From Aquifex aeolicus VF5 (GTDB taxonomy: Bacteria > Aquificota > Aquificia > Aquificales > Aquificaceae): 32,000 bases of DNA. The stretch spans positions 30,001 through 62,000 of the forward strand of contig NC_000918.1 in NCBI RefSeq assembly GCF_000008625.1, given 5' to 3'. Of this stretch, positions 1 to 9,495 are shown in pieces. Every line of letters begins with the position of its first letter. The first letter of the stretch is position 1. A program made the position numbers and the translations under genes. The notes below the pieces were generated by a model. It had not been told where the DNA came from and made no database searches. It saw only the letters and a program-made list of their open reading frames with translations.

Positions 1-171
1 GACGCCATGGAACACGTAATGGCGGGGGCAAGTGCAGTTCAGGTGGGAACCGCAAACTTCTACGAGCCCTTAGCACCCTTAAAGGTCATAGAAGGGATTG
101 AAAACTTTATGAAATCTCAGAATATCAAAGACTTCAAAGAATTAATCGGGATTGCCCACAGAGTAGAATAA
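1..171 (+). CDS. pyrD: Dihydroorotate dehydrogenase, C-terminal fragment (truncated by window start)
   Basis: Frame 1 reads DAMEHVMAGASAVQVGTANFYEPLAPLKVIEGIENFMKSQNIKDFKELIGIAHRVE*; GA..VQVGTANF..P is the conserved PyrD C-terminal phosphate/FMN-binding segment. Confidence 0.85.
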   Translation, partial: DAMEHVMAGASAVQVGTANFYEPLAPLKVIEGIENFMKSQNIKDFKELIGIAHRVE

Positions 172-178
172 AGACATT

Positions 179-478
179 ATGGTTAGGAAGCTGAGCGAAG
201 AAGAAGTAAAGAGGGAACTTGAAAATCTGGAAGGCTGGGAATTCTGTAAAGATTACATACAGAAGGAGTTTTCCACAAAGAACTGGAAGACCACCATATT
301 CGTGGTGAACGCCATAGCCTCTCTGGCGGAAGCCCAGTGGCACCACCCAGATTTAGAAGTCAGCTTTAAAAAGGTAAAGGTTAAACTCACCACTCACGAA
401 GCTGGCGGGATAACGGAAAGAGATATTAAATTAGCAAAATCCATAGACGAGTTGGTGAAAGAAATACTAAAGCATTGA
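179..478 (+). CDS. phhB: Pterin-4a-carbinolamine dehydratase (PCD/DCoH family)
   Basis: 99 aa; W..F.KDYI.KEF...NW....FV..IA.LAEAQWHHPDLEVS...V.VKLTTHEAGGIT..D..LAK.ID matches the PCD signature. Confidence 0.9.
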   Translation: MVRKLSEEEVKRELENLEGWEFCKDYIQKEFSTKNWKTTIFVVNAIASLAEAQWHHPDLEVSFKKVKVKLTTHEAGGITERDIKLAKSIDELVKEILKH

Positions 479-3036
479 TATTTTTCCTTTTTCTCATATT
501 TTCTCTATCCTTTGGCTTTGAAGTTTATATAAAGTCTAACTATCCATTAAAAAAGGACAATCTGCGTCATGTAATAAACGAGAAGAATTACGCGAAAATC
601 CTGGAAATGCTTAAGCAAATTCCCGAAATAAGGGAAGTAAGGTATGAAAAACGAAAGGACAAGCTCTTAATTTACGTGGAAAGGTATCCCATAATCAAAG
701 AGATAAAAATAAAGGGGAACGTTTTTCTGAGAGATGAAGATGTGAAAAACGTTCTTGGAATAGAAGAGGGCATTCCGTTAATAGAGGATAATCCAAAAAC
801 TTACGAGGAAATTCTTGAAAAGTATTATAAAGAAATCGGTTTTTTAAATGCAGATACCAAAGTGAACATAAGTTTAGACGATAAAGGAAACGCTATTTTC
901 TACATAAATATTCGCGAGGGGAACCTTTATTTTCTCGAAGATATCCAGTTTGAAGGTGTTAAAAAGCTACAAAAAAAAGAACTGATAAAAGCCTCTGGAC
1001 TTGTAATAGGGAGTATTTTTGATATAGATAAAGTAGAAGACGCAGAGGAGAATTTAGAAAACTTCTACAGAAAAAAAGGTTTTTTTGAGAGTTTCGTTTA
1101 TCTGAAAGGTATAAAAAAAGAAAAATTAAAGAGAAAGTTTAGGGAAGCACTTTTCCCCGAAACGGATTCATTTTTAAAAAGCCTTTCAATCGGTTTAAAA
1201 AATCTCGTGAACCACCCGCTGGCTACGCTTAAGGCTTTAATCGGAAAAGGTAAGGTAGGCATTCCCGTTTATGAGGTATACGAAGGAGAAAGGTATGAAC
1301 TGAAGTTCCTTGGAAATAAGTTTTTTTCGGATGAATACCTGTATTCTCTCTTTGATATAAATACCGTGGGTGTAGACATACTGGTTCTTGAAGGTTTTAA
1401 AGATAAAATAGAGGAAGAGTACAGGAAAAAGGGCTTCTTTGACGTAAATGTAGAGTACGAACTTGAAGATCACAGGATTTTGATAAAGATAAAAGAAGGA
1501 GAAAGGTATAAAGCTAAGGTTTACATAAACGGGAAAAAAATAGAAATTCCTTACGATGAAGAGAAAATTCAAGACTTAATAAGTAAAGAAATCCAATACT
1601 TGGAAAAAATGGGTTACGTTACGGCAACATATGAACTTAAAAAGAAAATAAACAAAGATAAAAAAGAAGTGAACGTTCACGTAAAAATCAACAAAGGAAT
1701 GCGCTACATTGTTTGGAGCTTTAAAATAGAAAGTGAACTTTTCGAGGATTTAAATGAAAAAATTTCACTTAAATTCCCGAAAGCCTTGGATTACGAAACT
1801 TTAGACGAGATTTACAAGGAAATAAATAAAAGGTTACGGGAAAAAGGATACTTTGACGCTAAGGTTTTCACAGATATAAGAATGCAAAAGGTAAAAGATG
1901 CTCTTTTGATGTTTTATAAAGTAAAAGTAATTCCAGGAGAAAGATACGAGTACGGAGATACACTAATTTACGGTCTTGAGAAGACAAGGTTAAAGGAAGC
2001 TGAGTACGTTCTGGAGAAAGAAAAGTACTTCTCAAAGGAAGTTGAAGAGAGAAGTGTATGGAACGCCATAGAAAGCGAAATCTTTAAAAGTTTAAGACTT
2101 GAAGATTACGTAGACAGGGAGAGTAAGAAAGTTCACAGACTTGCCTACTTTCAGGAGAAAAAGAGAGGGGTAATCGGACTTTCTGCGGGCTTTAACACCT
2201 TTGAAGGTTTTAAACTTTCAGCAGAACTAAGTCTGAGAAACCTCTTGGGAATAGGGCTTATAAACACAAATACCTTTTCCATAAGTGAGAAGTACGAACT
2301 CTACAGGGTAAGCTTCAAAGACAATTTTCTCTTTTCAAGGAGATTTTTCGGGGAAACGTCACTATTTAAGGATTACGAAGAGCATGACACGTACGAATTA
2401 TTTACGGAAGGCTTTGCCTTCTCTCTGGGATACAGGTTAAAACCCTTTACCTTTGTGGGTATTTCCTTCTCAAACTTTGAGGCAAAGACCACAGGTGCGG
2501 AAAGGGACAAGGGAACTTACAGGAAATTGGGGCTGAGTTTTTCGGTAAAGGAAAGGTTTAGACTGGTACTTTTTAGGGGATACGGACACAGGAATTATTC
2601 AAAGATAGAACTTGAAGGAAAAATAAAGAAAGAATTTTTTGAAAAATTCGGTTCAAGGCTGAAATTTTCTTACGGATATGCTACGAAAAAAGCACCAATA
2701 TTTGAAAGATTTTTCCTCGGAGGATATAAGAGAATGAAGGGTTACACCTACGAGAGTATAGGTTCTCCCTTGGGCGGGAGACAAATGCTTTATATTTCTC
2801 CCGAGATTTACTACCTTCTCAACAGAAACTTGGAACTCATAACATTCCTTGAGCTCGGAAAGGTAGAGAATAAATTTCCGAGTCTTTACAAAAATATGAA
2901 AAAGGACATAGGCTTTTCCGCAGGTTTTAGAACGCCCGTGGGCCTTATAAGGGGTGATATAGCCTATCCCTTGGAAGATTTTAAGGTAAAGCCCTCGAGG
3001 CTTAAGTTTTACCTCTCGGTAGAGTTTTTCTTCTAA
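475..3036 (+). CDS. bamA: Outer membrane protein assembly factor, Omp85/BamA family (POTRA repeats plus C-terminal beta-barrel)
   Basis: 853 aa with TTG start at 475, N-terminal signal-like sequence MIFFLFLIFSLSFGF, repeated POTRA-like segments (I..I.I.GN..), and a barrel C-terminus with FFLGGYKRMKGY and terminal FYLSVEFFF. Confidence 0.85.
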   Translation: MIFFLFLIFSLSFGFEVYIKSNYPLKKDNLRHVINEKNYAKILEMLKQIPEIREVRYEKRKDKLLIYVERYPIIKEIKIKGNVFLRDEDVKNVLGIEEGIPLIEDNPKTYEEILEKYYKEIGFLNADTKVNISLDDKGNAIFYINIREGNLYFLEDIQFEGVKKLQKKELIKASGLVIGSIFDIDKVEDAEENLENFYRKKGFFESFVYLKGIKKEKLKRKFREALFPETDSFLKSLSIGLKNLVNHPLATLKALIGKGKVGIPVYEVYEGERYELKFLGNKFFSDEYLYSLFDINTVGVDILVLEGFKDKIEEEYRKKGFFDVNVEYELEDHRILIKIKEGERYKAKVYINGKKIEIPYDEEKIQDLISKEIQYLEKMGYVTATYELKKKINKDKKEVNVHVKINKGMRYIVWSFKIESELFEDLNEKISLKFPKALDYETLDEIYKEINKRLREKGYFDAKVFTDIRMQKVKDALLMFYKVKVIPGERYEYGDTLIYGLEKTRLKEAEYVLEKEKYFSKEVEERSVWNAIESEIFKSLRLEDYVDRESKKVHRLAYFQEKKRGVIGLSAGFNTFEGFKLSAELSLRNLLGIGLINTNTFSISEKYELYRVSFKDNFLFSRRFFGETSLFKDYEEHDTYELFTEGFAFSLGYRLKPFTFVGISFSNFEAKTTGAERDKGTYRKLGLSFSVKERFRLVLFRGYGHRNYSKIELEGKIKKEFFEKFGSRLKFSYGYATKKAPIFERFFLGGYKRMKGYTYESIGSPLGGRQMLYISPEIYYLLNRNLELITFLELGKVENKFPSLYKNMKKDIGFSAGFRTPVGLIRGDIAYPLEDFKVKPSRLKFYLSVEFFF

Positions 3037-3887
3037 AGGTAGTAATCAATAAGCACCACAATAAAGAAAATTACACTTATCCAGCCGTTTACCGTAAAGA
3101 AGGCTTTGTTTATTTTTGACAAATCCCATGGTTTTATCAAACTATGTTCGTAAACTAGAAAGCCCGCTATCAAAAATAGCCCCAAAAAGTAGATAAATCC
3201 GAGCTCCTTGTGGGTAAAGCCAAGAATAAGTAGTGATACAAAGGTTATTGAATGGAAAAGCCTCGCTATCTTTATTGCTTTTTCTACTCCATATTTTACT
3301 GGTATGGATTTTAAGCCCACTTCCTTGTCAAATTCGTAATCCTGAAGGGCGTAAAGGACGTCAAATCCCGCAACCCAGAAAGCCATAGCTATCCCGAGAA
3401 TTACAGCGGTAAGGGAAATCCTCTCGTTCAGGGCCACGTCCACGGCAACCGGTATGAGGAAGTAAACGAGTCCGAGGACGAGGTGAGGGTAGTAAGTAAT
3501 TCTTTTAGCTTGCGGATAAAACCATAGTAAAAACAAAACCACGGGGGAGAGTAAAAAAGCTAAAAAGTTGAGCATAAGGGAGGCAAAAACGAAGAGAATA
3601 CTCCCTACTAGGATTATTTTCCTTACTTCTTCTTTTGACACTTCTCCTTTAACGAGGGGCCAGTTTTTGGTTCTCGGGTTTAGTCTGTCGTAGGGTTCGT
3701 CTATGAGTCTGTTAAAAGCCATACCAACGGTTCTGGCGCTCACAAGGGCTACCAGAATCCAGAAAATTTTCCAGAGTGAAGGGAATTCTTCGGCAAGGAG
3801 CAGGACACTTGCAAGGGCGAAGGGAAGGGCGAATATCGTGTGTTCAAATTTTACGAGCTCCGCGTAAGCCCTTACCTTTTTCATCAT
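3033..3887 (-). CDS. ubiA: UbiA-family prenyltransferase (4-hydroxybenzoate polyprenyltransferase-like; could be MqnP-type)
   Basis: Polytopic membrane protein with [45 protein letters not shown] and [25 protein letters not shown]. Start moved to MMKKVRAY at 3887 from the track's 3941 because the extra N-terminus is atypical and overlaps mraY. Confidence 0.8.
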   Translation of the reverse strand: MMKKVRAYAELVKFEHTIFALPFALASVLLLAEEFPSLWKIFWILVALVSARTVGMAFNRLIDEPYDRLNPRTKNWPLVKGEVSKEEVRKIILVGSILFVFASLMLNFLAFLLSPVVLFLLWFYPQAKRITYYPHLVLGLVYFLIPVAVDVALNERISLTAVILGIAMAFWVAGFDVLYALQDYEFDKEVGLKSIPVKYGVEKAIKIARLFHSITFVSLLILGFTHKELGFIYFLGLFLIAGFLVYEHSLIKPWDLSKINKAFFTVNGWISVIFFIVVLIDYYL

Positions 3888-4963
3888 CTTAACTTTAGCA
3901 TTGATATGGCAATGATAGCAAGCAAGATGGATATAATCCACATCCTAACGACAATTTTGGGTTCGGGAAGTCCGTTTAATTCCAAGTGGTGGTGAAAAGG
4001 AGCCCTCTTAAAGAGCCTCTTTCCTCCGGTCCACCTGAAGTAGATTATCTGAAGGATAACGCTTATAGTTTCAAATACAAAAACGCCTGCTGCAACCGCA
4101 AATATAAACTCCGATTTCGTCAGAAGTGCAACGGTTGCAAGGGAAGCTCCGATACTGAGTGAGCCCACGTCTCCCATAAACATCTGGGCCGGGAAGGAGT
4201 TAAACCATAAAAATCCAAGTCCTGCTCCAACAAGAGCAAAACAAAAAACCGTGAGCTCTCCCGCGTAAGGGACGTAAGGAATGTTTAGATACTGGGCTAT
4301 TTTAGAGTGCCCCACCGCGTAGGCTACAACTCCGAGGGCTGTTGCCGTGGTCATCGCAGGTCCAATCGCAAGACCGTCCAGTCCGTCGGTAAGATTCACG
4401 GCGTTCGCACTCCCCACTATCACAAACACCGCAAAGGGAAGGTAAAGAACTCCTAAATCAACGTAAAGTTCTTTAAAGAAGGGAAAGTAAAGAATCGTGT
4501 CTATATCCGCCCAGTAGTAAATAAGAACTGAGATTAAAGAAGCGCTGAGGACTTGAAGTAGGAACTTAGTTTTTATAGATATACCCTTTTTGTTTTTGAG
4601 TTTTACATAGTCATCCCAGAAACCTATAGTTCCGAAACTCAAAAAGGACAGAAGAACGACCCACGTGTACTTTATATCCCATCGCATTAAAAGGAGCGTG
4701 GAGAGCGTAACGACTATGAGTATAACTATCCCGCCCATAGTAGGCGTGTACTTCTTCACCTCGTGGCTTTCGGGTGTGTACTCCCTCACGTATCCACCAA
4801 AAAGTCTCTGTATTTTCCTCAAGCGATTTATGAAGGAAGGGGAAAGTACAAGCGTCAAAAAGAAGGCAATGAGAACCGCGGTAAAGGAACGGAAGGTTAT
4901 ATATTTCAAGACGTTGAAGGCAAACCAGTAATCTTTAAGAAGCAATGCCAATTGGTATAGCAT
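3884..4963 (-). CDS. mraY: Phospho-N-acetylmuramoyl-pentapeptide transferase
   Basis: 359 aa; [28 protein letters not shown] and [12 protein letters not shown] motifs. Confidence 0.97.
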   Translation of the reverse strand: MLYQLALLLKDYWFAFNVLKYITFRSFTAVLIAFFLTLVLSPSFINRLRKIQRLFGGYVREYTPESHEVKKYTPTMGGIVILIVVTLSTLLLMRWDIKYTWVVLLSFLSFGTIGFWDDYVKLKNKKGISIKTKFLLQVLSASLISVLIYYWADIDTILYFPFFKELYVDLGVLYLPFAVFVIVGSANAVNLTDGLDGLAIGPAMTTATALGVVAYAVGHSKIAQYLNIPYVPYAGELTVFCFALVGAGLGFLWFNSFPAQMFMGDVGSLSIGASLATVALLTKSEFIFAVAAGVFVFETISVILQIIYFRWTGGKRLFKRAPFHHHLELNGLPEPKIVVRMWIISILLAIIAISMLKLR

Positions 4964-5538
4964 CAGTCACACCTGTTTCTGCTAAAGAGTCTGTCAAGGA
5001 TTATAGCAACAGCATTTCTGACCGAGAGGTGATTCCAGTCTCCCGCACCGTATATCGGCTCTAAAATGTAGTCAAAGGTGTTCATGAGATCGGGAGGTAT
5101 CCCGTGTCCCGTTCCAAAAACTATGAGCCAGTCCCTGTCCCTCTTTTGAATCTCATTCCTGAGCCATGAATACTTTACGGTGTTTGGATAGGTTCTCGCG
5201 TCCGTTCCCACGAGAAGAGGTCTCCTTCCTCTTTCTTTTTCTATGTCTTCTATTACTTCGTCCAGGGTGTAGGCGAGTCTAACGAGCTGGACTATCTCAT
5301 AACGCGTGGGATTTGCCTTCCTTCCTTCCTCGGATAACCAGTAATTAATCTGCCTCTGAATTACTATCCTCTGGGCGTCTATGGGCTGGACTATGTAATA
5401 CTTGTTTATCTCGTAAGCCCTCGCGGGTCTTGCTATGTCGTGTAAATCCATAGTGGTAAAGGATGTAACTATTATCTTTCCGTCCTTGTCCATTGCGGGG
5501 TAATGGAGGAGGGCTATAAAGACGTTTTCATTTATCAT
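4963..5538 (-). CDS. SAM-dependent RNA methyltransferase, SPOUT-like (PF09936-type)
   Basis: Protein from [52 protein letters not shown]...; [20 protein letters not shown] and [22 protein letters not shown]. Start reassigned from the track's 5580 to 5538 because the first 14 aa are atypical and overlap the divergent gene. Confidence 0.75.
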   Translation of the reverse strand: MINENVFIALLHYPAMDKDGKIIVTSFTTMDLHDIARPARAYEINKYYIVQPIDAQRIVIQRQINYWLSEEGRKANPTRYEIVQLVRLAYTLDEVIEDIEKERGRRPLLVGTDARTYPNTVKYSWLRNEIQKRDRDWLIVFGTGHGIPPDLMNTFDYILEPIYGAGDWNHLSVRNAVAIILDRLFSRNRCD

Positions 5539-5563
5539 AATAAAATGAATTATAAATAAAACT

Positions 5564-6322
5564 ATGATCTCGGTATTCATATCACTTCTGGCTTACATCT
5601 TCGCATTTTTCTCCTTCCTCCTCAAGAACTTTTCAAAGAAGGAGATAAAATTCCTGCCGAACTTTTTCCTTACCCTGGGTTTTATATTCTACATACTTAC
5701 ACTCCTTGAAAGGTTTGTACAGACTAAAACCTTTCCCGTGGGTGATGTTTACGGGATGATTTCGCTTGTTGGAAACCTCTCCGTTTTACTCTTCTTAACC
5801 TTTTCGAGGAAGTATGAGTTTTCACCCTTCGGAGCTTTCGTGTCCTTTTTCGCGTTTTTGAGTACTCTTCTGTTGATCCCTTCGAAGGAACTCGGTTTTT
5901 CAAACCCCCTTTACGCCCTTCACATAACGAGTGCGGGATTTTCGTATGCCTTTTTGATTTTTGCGGGTTTTACTTCAACCGCGAGGCTTTTAATCGAGAG
6001 AAAACTCCGCGAGAAAAAGGTGGACTTTAGCTTTGCTCCTTTGAAAATCCTAAAGAAACTTGAAAGGGTTTTCATAATAGCGGGCTTTGTGGGACTTACT
6101 CTTACGCTTATTTTTGGAAGTCTCTGGGCTAAGGTTTACTTGGGCACTCACTGGGTAAACGACCCTAAACTCCTCGTTACACTAATACTCTGGCTTTATT
6201 ACGGATTTCTCGCACACATGTTTATATTCAAACATTTCAAACCTTCTCAGATTTCCTACCTTTCTATCCTCGGTATGTTTTTAAGCTTGATAGCCCTTTT
6301 ATTCTTCAGGCATTCCTTTTAA
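5564..6322 (+). CDS. CcsA/ResC/HemX-like cytochrome c assembly family integral membrane protein (divergent)
   Basis: 252 aa, about 8 TM segments; [31 protein letters not shown] resembles the CcsA tryptophan-rich segment (WGxxWxWDPKE) but is degenerate. Confidence 0.65.
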
Positions 6323-6758
6323 TGTCTTCAAGTTTTCTCGCGGCTGCCATCAGCGTAGCCTGTGCCACAACTTCCCCGTCCACCTTTGCAACCCCCTTCA
6401 TCTTTGAAAGTGCCTTTTTAAGAGATATAACTTCAAGCTCGAGTATAAGCTGGTCTCCCGGGTAAACGGGTTTTTTAAACCTCGCGTCGTCTATACCTGC
6501 AAAAACAACTGCGTACTTTCCAATTTCAAGGTTAAGGGACTTTATCATTAAAATCCCCCCCACCTGAGCCATAGCCTCCAGTATGTAAACCCCCGGAAAG
6601 AGGGGAAAGCCGGGAAAGTGCCCCTGAAAAACCGGCTCGTTAACGCTCACGTTCTTTAAACCAATGATCCTTTTTCCTTCTTCTATTTCAAGGATTTTAT
6701 CTACTAAGAGAATGGGATACCTGTGCGGAAGTATTTCCATTATCTCTTGAATATCCAT
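6306..6758 (-). CDS. fabZ: 3-hydroxyacyl-[acyl-carrier-protein] dehydratase
   Basis: 150 aa; [39 protein letters not shown] and [14 protein letters not shown]-type motifs. Confidence 0.97.
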
Positions 6759-6781
6759 AACGCTATTTTAACATTTTCAGG

Positions 6782-7426
6782 ATGAAGCTTCCTCCTCTGA
6801 TGCCCGCCATTTTCGTAAAAAGACTAAATAGATTTGTGGGAAAGGTTTTTTTAAATGGGAAAATAGAAAGAGCTCTAATCAGGAACACGGGAAGACTTTC
6901 TGAGCTCTTAAAATTCGGAAACACTGTTTTTGTTAGGGAAAAAGAGGGTGGAAAGTACAGGTACGAAATCATACTCGCAAGGGCGGAGAAGAGTCTCGTA
7001 TGCGTTGAGTCCCACTACGCCAACAAGATTTTTGAGGAATACATTCGCAGAAATTGGAAATTTAAGGAGCTAAAGAGAGAAGTAAAGCTGGAGAATGAAC
7101 GGTTTGATTTCCTTATAGACAACACACTGGTAGAGGTAAAGTCCGTTAACCTGGTAAAAAATGGTGTTGCCATGTTCCCGGACGCTCCTACAAAAAGGGG
7201 AACGGGACACATAAGGACTTTGATAAAGCTTTCCGATAAGTTCAAACCTCTACTTGTTTTCGTGGTTCAAAGAAGTGATTTTTTAAGTTTTGAGCCCAAC
7301 TGCGAAACTGACCCCGAGTTCTGTAAAGCTTACTACGAATACGTATCTAAGGGGTTTGAAGTTTTAGTACTGAAGTGTAGAGTTTCTTTGGAAGAGATAA
7401 ATGTAGTAGAAGTATTTTTCACTTAA
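6782..7426 (+). CDS. sfsA: SfsA family protein (sugar fermentation stimulation protein homolog / DNA-binding nuclease-like)
   Basis: 214 aa; RF.G.V, ALIRNTGRL.ELL, LVEVKSVNL, G.AMFPDAPTKRGTGHIRTL and CETDPEFC...Y........ Confidence 0.9.
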   Translation: MKLPPLMPAIFVKRLNRFVGKVFLNGKIERALIRNTGRLSELLKFGNTVFVREKEGGKYRYEIILARAEKSLVCVESHYANKIFEEYIRRNWKFKELKREVKLENERFDFLIDNTLVEVKSVNLVKNGVAMFPDAPTKRGTGHIRTLIKLSDKFKPLLVFVVQRSDFLSFEPNCETDPEFCKAYYEYVSKGFEVLVLKCRVSLEEINVVEVFFT

Positions 7427-7526
7427 CTCCGTGGCGTTTTTCTTTTAGCGTTTTTGAACCTAAAAAAAGCATTACACTTCCAACGATTATTCCAACTATA
7501 AGAAGGACAATAAATGCCTCTTTCAT
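7419..7526 (-). CDS. Small single-span membrane peptide (35 aa), hypothetical; below the ORF-track cutoff
   Basis: Reverse strand reads MKEAFIVLLIVGIIVGSVMLFLGSKTLKEKRHGVK*, preceded by a strong Shine-Dalgarno (GATGGAGGTAAAAAATG); the TGA overlaps the sfsA 3' end. Confidence 0.6.
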   Translation of the reverse strand: MKEAFIVLLIVGIIVGSVMLFLGSKTLKEKRHGVK

Positions 7527-7622
7527 TTTTTACCTCCATCAATTTCTGAAGATAAAATGAGAGCGTTTTCCTGACATAAATCATATTTTATTTTCGTGTA
7601 TTGTGATAGTCTTGATTTTCAA

Positions 7623-7645
7623 GGGCTTAAAGAAAAGCCCGTTTT
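7623..7645 (+). terminator. Possible factor-independent terminator or stable hairpin
   Basis: GGGCTT-aaagaa-AAGCCC followed by GTTTT; the 6-bp stem and short T tract make this weak. Confidence 0.35.
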
Positions 7646-7922
7646 GGCTCCTTGGCAATTGAATAGAGAAAGTGGCTCCCGACCTTGAAACTCAAGGGTC
7701 AGAAAGTAATCCCTTACATTTTCAAGGCTTTCCGAGACACAGGTCAACAAAGGGCATTTCCAAAGAATGAATTTATTGATTTTCAAGGGGTTTAAAAGTA
7801 GGGTTGAAACGCCCTAAGTAAAGAAGGGATGCGGACAATCCTATTAAAGACCTTTCCGGTGAGGCAATACCTGTAGCTTAATTTTCTGGAAATTCCAAAA
7901 ATCTTGAATATCGTTTATCTTA

Positions 7923-8273
7923 ATGGGAGACGTAAACTTCCTCGAGCAGATGCTTTTAAAGAGCACGATGAAAGAGATAGAGGAGAGGTACGACGACGTA
8001 ATAACGATATACAAGTACGACTACGAAATAAGGGGGATTGCGGAAAAACTCTACAGACTCTCAAAAATAGTGGAAGAAGTTTTCAAAGAAATACCGAACC
8101 CGGAGAAAAAACTGGACGAAAGCCTCTACACAACTCTTTACAGTGTACTCAAAGACATAAATTCAATACTCTACGACCTTTCCATAGCAACCAATGAACA
8201 GATAAGCTACGTCCTCATGCAGGCTTACAGAAAACTTGACAATATAGACAACCTTTTGAGTAAATTAAAGTGA
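7923..8273 (+). CDS. Conserved-looking hypothetical, helical, 116 aa
   Basis: Amphipathic helical protein whose stop overlaps the next gene's ATG (TGATG), suggesting coupling. The overlapping 7904..8197 ORF is low-complexity shadow. Confidence 0.6.
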   Translation: MGDVNFLEQMLLKSTMKEIEERYDDVITIYKYDYEIRGIAEKLYRLSKIVEEVFKEIPNPEKKLDESLYTTLYSVLKDINSILYDLSIATNEQISYVLMQAYRKLDNIDNLLSKLK

Positions 8274-8922
8274 TGTTCAGAGACAGGGAAGAGGCGGGAG
8301 AATTATTAGCCGAAGCTCTGGAGGGAATTATTGACGGAGAGAAGAACCCTGTAATTCTCGCAATACCGAGGGGAGAATTCCGGTAGCATACAAAGTGGCC
8401 GAACGCTTCAATATTCCCATGTCCGTTGTACTTGTGAGAAAGCTGGGACTTCCCTGGAACGAGGAGGCTGGTTTTGGTGCGATAGACCCAGACGGGACTC
8501 CTTACTACGATAAGAGCGTCTTATCCTACCTTTCGGAAGAAGATATTAAACAGGTAGTTGAAAAGGAATTAAAGGAACTGAGGGAAAGGGAGAGGAAATT
8601 CGTCCCAAGGGGTTATCCGGATTTGAGGGGAAGGCAGGTGATAATCGTTGACGACGGGGTAGCCACGGGCTACACGGCAATAGCCGCGGCAAACTGGGCA
8701 AAGAAAAAGGGAGCATCTGAGGTGATAATAGCGGTTCCCGTTTGTCCTTCGGACGCAAAGGAGAGACTGGAAAGGTACGCGGACAAGTTCGTGTGTTACT
8801 ACTCCTCCGACGCACCTTCTTTCGCGGTGGGTATGTTTTATCGGGACTTCCACCAGCTTTCAGACGAGGAGGCAAAAGAGTACTTAAGGAGGGCGGAAGA
8901 AAAAGGGCTTTTAGAACCTTAA
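8273..8922 (+). pseudogene. Phosphoribosyltransferase family protein with an apparent 1-nt frameshift near 8371-8376
   Basis: MFRDREEAGELLAEALEGIIDGEKNPVILAIPRG in one frame, then IPVAYKVAERFNIPMSVVLVRKLGLP...VIIVDDGVATGYTA in another. The PRPP-binding motif IVDDGVATGYT is intact. Confidence 0.75.
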
Positions 8923-9459
8923 TTACTTTTTAGGTCTGAAGGCTTTTACTTTATTCGGATCAGTGTCTATATATGCCCCGCCTATAAGGTCTATACAGTA
9001 GGGAATTGCAGGCATTACGGCGTCCAGGCATACTTTTATGGATTGAGGCTTTCCGGGAAGGTTTACTATTAAGCAACTCCCCCTTATACCCGCGGTTTGT
9101 CTTGAGAGTATGGCGGTGGGAACCTGTTTTAACGAAACCTGTCTCATAAGTTCTCCGAATCCTGGAAGCATTTTCTCGCATACCGCTTCCGTGGCTTCCG
9201 GCGTCACGTCTCTGGGAGCGGGACCCGTTCCGCCTGTTGTTAAAATCAGACTGCATCCCTTTTCGTCTGCAAGTTCTATTAAGGTTTTTTCTATCAAATC
9301 CCTTTCATCGGGAATTACCCTGTACTCAACCTCAAAGGGCGTTATTATCACGTCCTTAAGGTAATCTATAATAGCTTTACCGCTTATGTCTTCGTAAATA
9401 CCTTTGCTCGCCCTGTCGGAAATCGTCACAACTCCTATAACCGCCTTCTTTTCGCTCAT
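8923..9459 (-). CDS. mog: MogA/MoaB family molybdopterin adenylyltransferase
   Basis: 178 aa; IGVVTISDRASKGIYEDISG, LILTTGGTGPAPRDVTPEAT, LSRQTAGIRGSCLIVNLPGKP. Confidence 0.9.
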   Translation of the reverse strand: MSEKKAVIGVVTISDRASKGIYEDISGKAIIDYLKDVIITPFEVEYRVIPDERDLIEKTLIELADEKGCSLILTTGGTGPAPRDVTPEATEAVCEKMLPGFGELMRQVSLKQVPTAILSRQTAGIRGSCLIVNLPGKPQSIKVCLDAVMPAIPYCIDLIGGAYIDTDPNKVKAFRPKK

Positions 9460-9495
9460 GGGAATACATTTTAACGTTTAGGTTAGAATAGTGAT

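Noticed and set aside
7614-7760. Possible 6S RNA: GACCTTGAAACTCAAGGGTC resembles part of the E. coli 6S RNA 3' side, and long-range pairing could enclose it.
   Set aside because: The similarity is short and local, and the central-bubble architecture is not evident by eye. As I recall the literature, the Aquifex 6S RNA gene lies next to pheT/ygfA, not here. Kept only as a generic candidate RNA.
7781-7810. TTTAAAAGTAGGGTTGAAAC resembles the 3' end (GTTGAAAC) of many CRISPR repeats.
   Set aside because: Only one copy is present, with no regularly spaced repeat-spacer units and no cas genes in the window.
7904-8197. 97-aa plus-strand ORF overlapping the 116-aa ORF
   Set aside because: Arg/Asn/Lys-rich out-of-frame translation; the overlapping frame has better composition and couples to the next gene.
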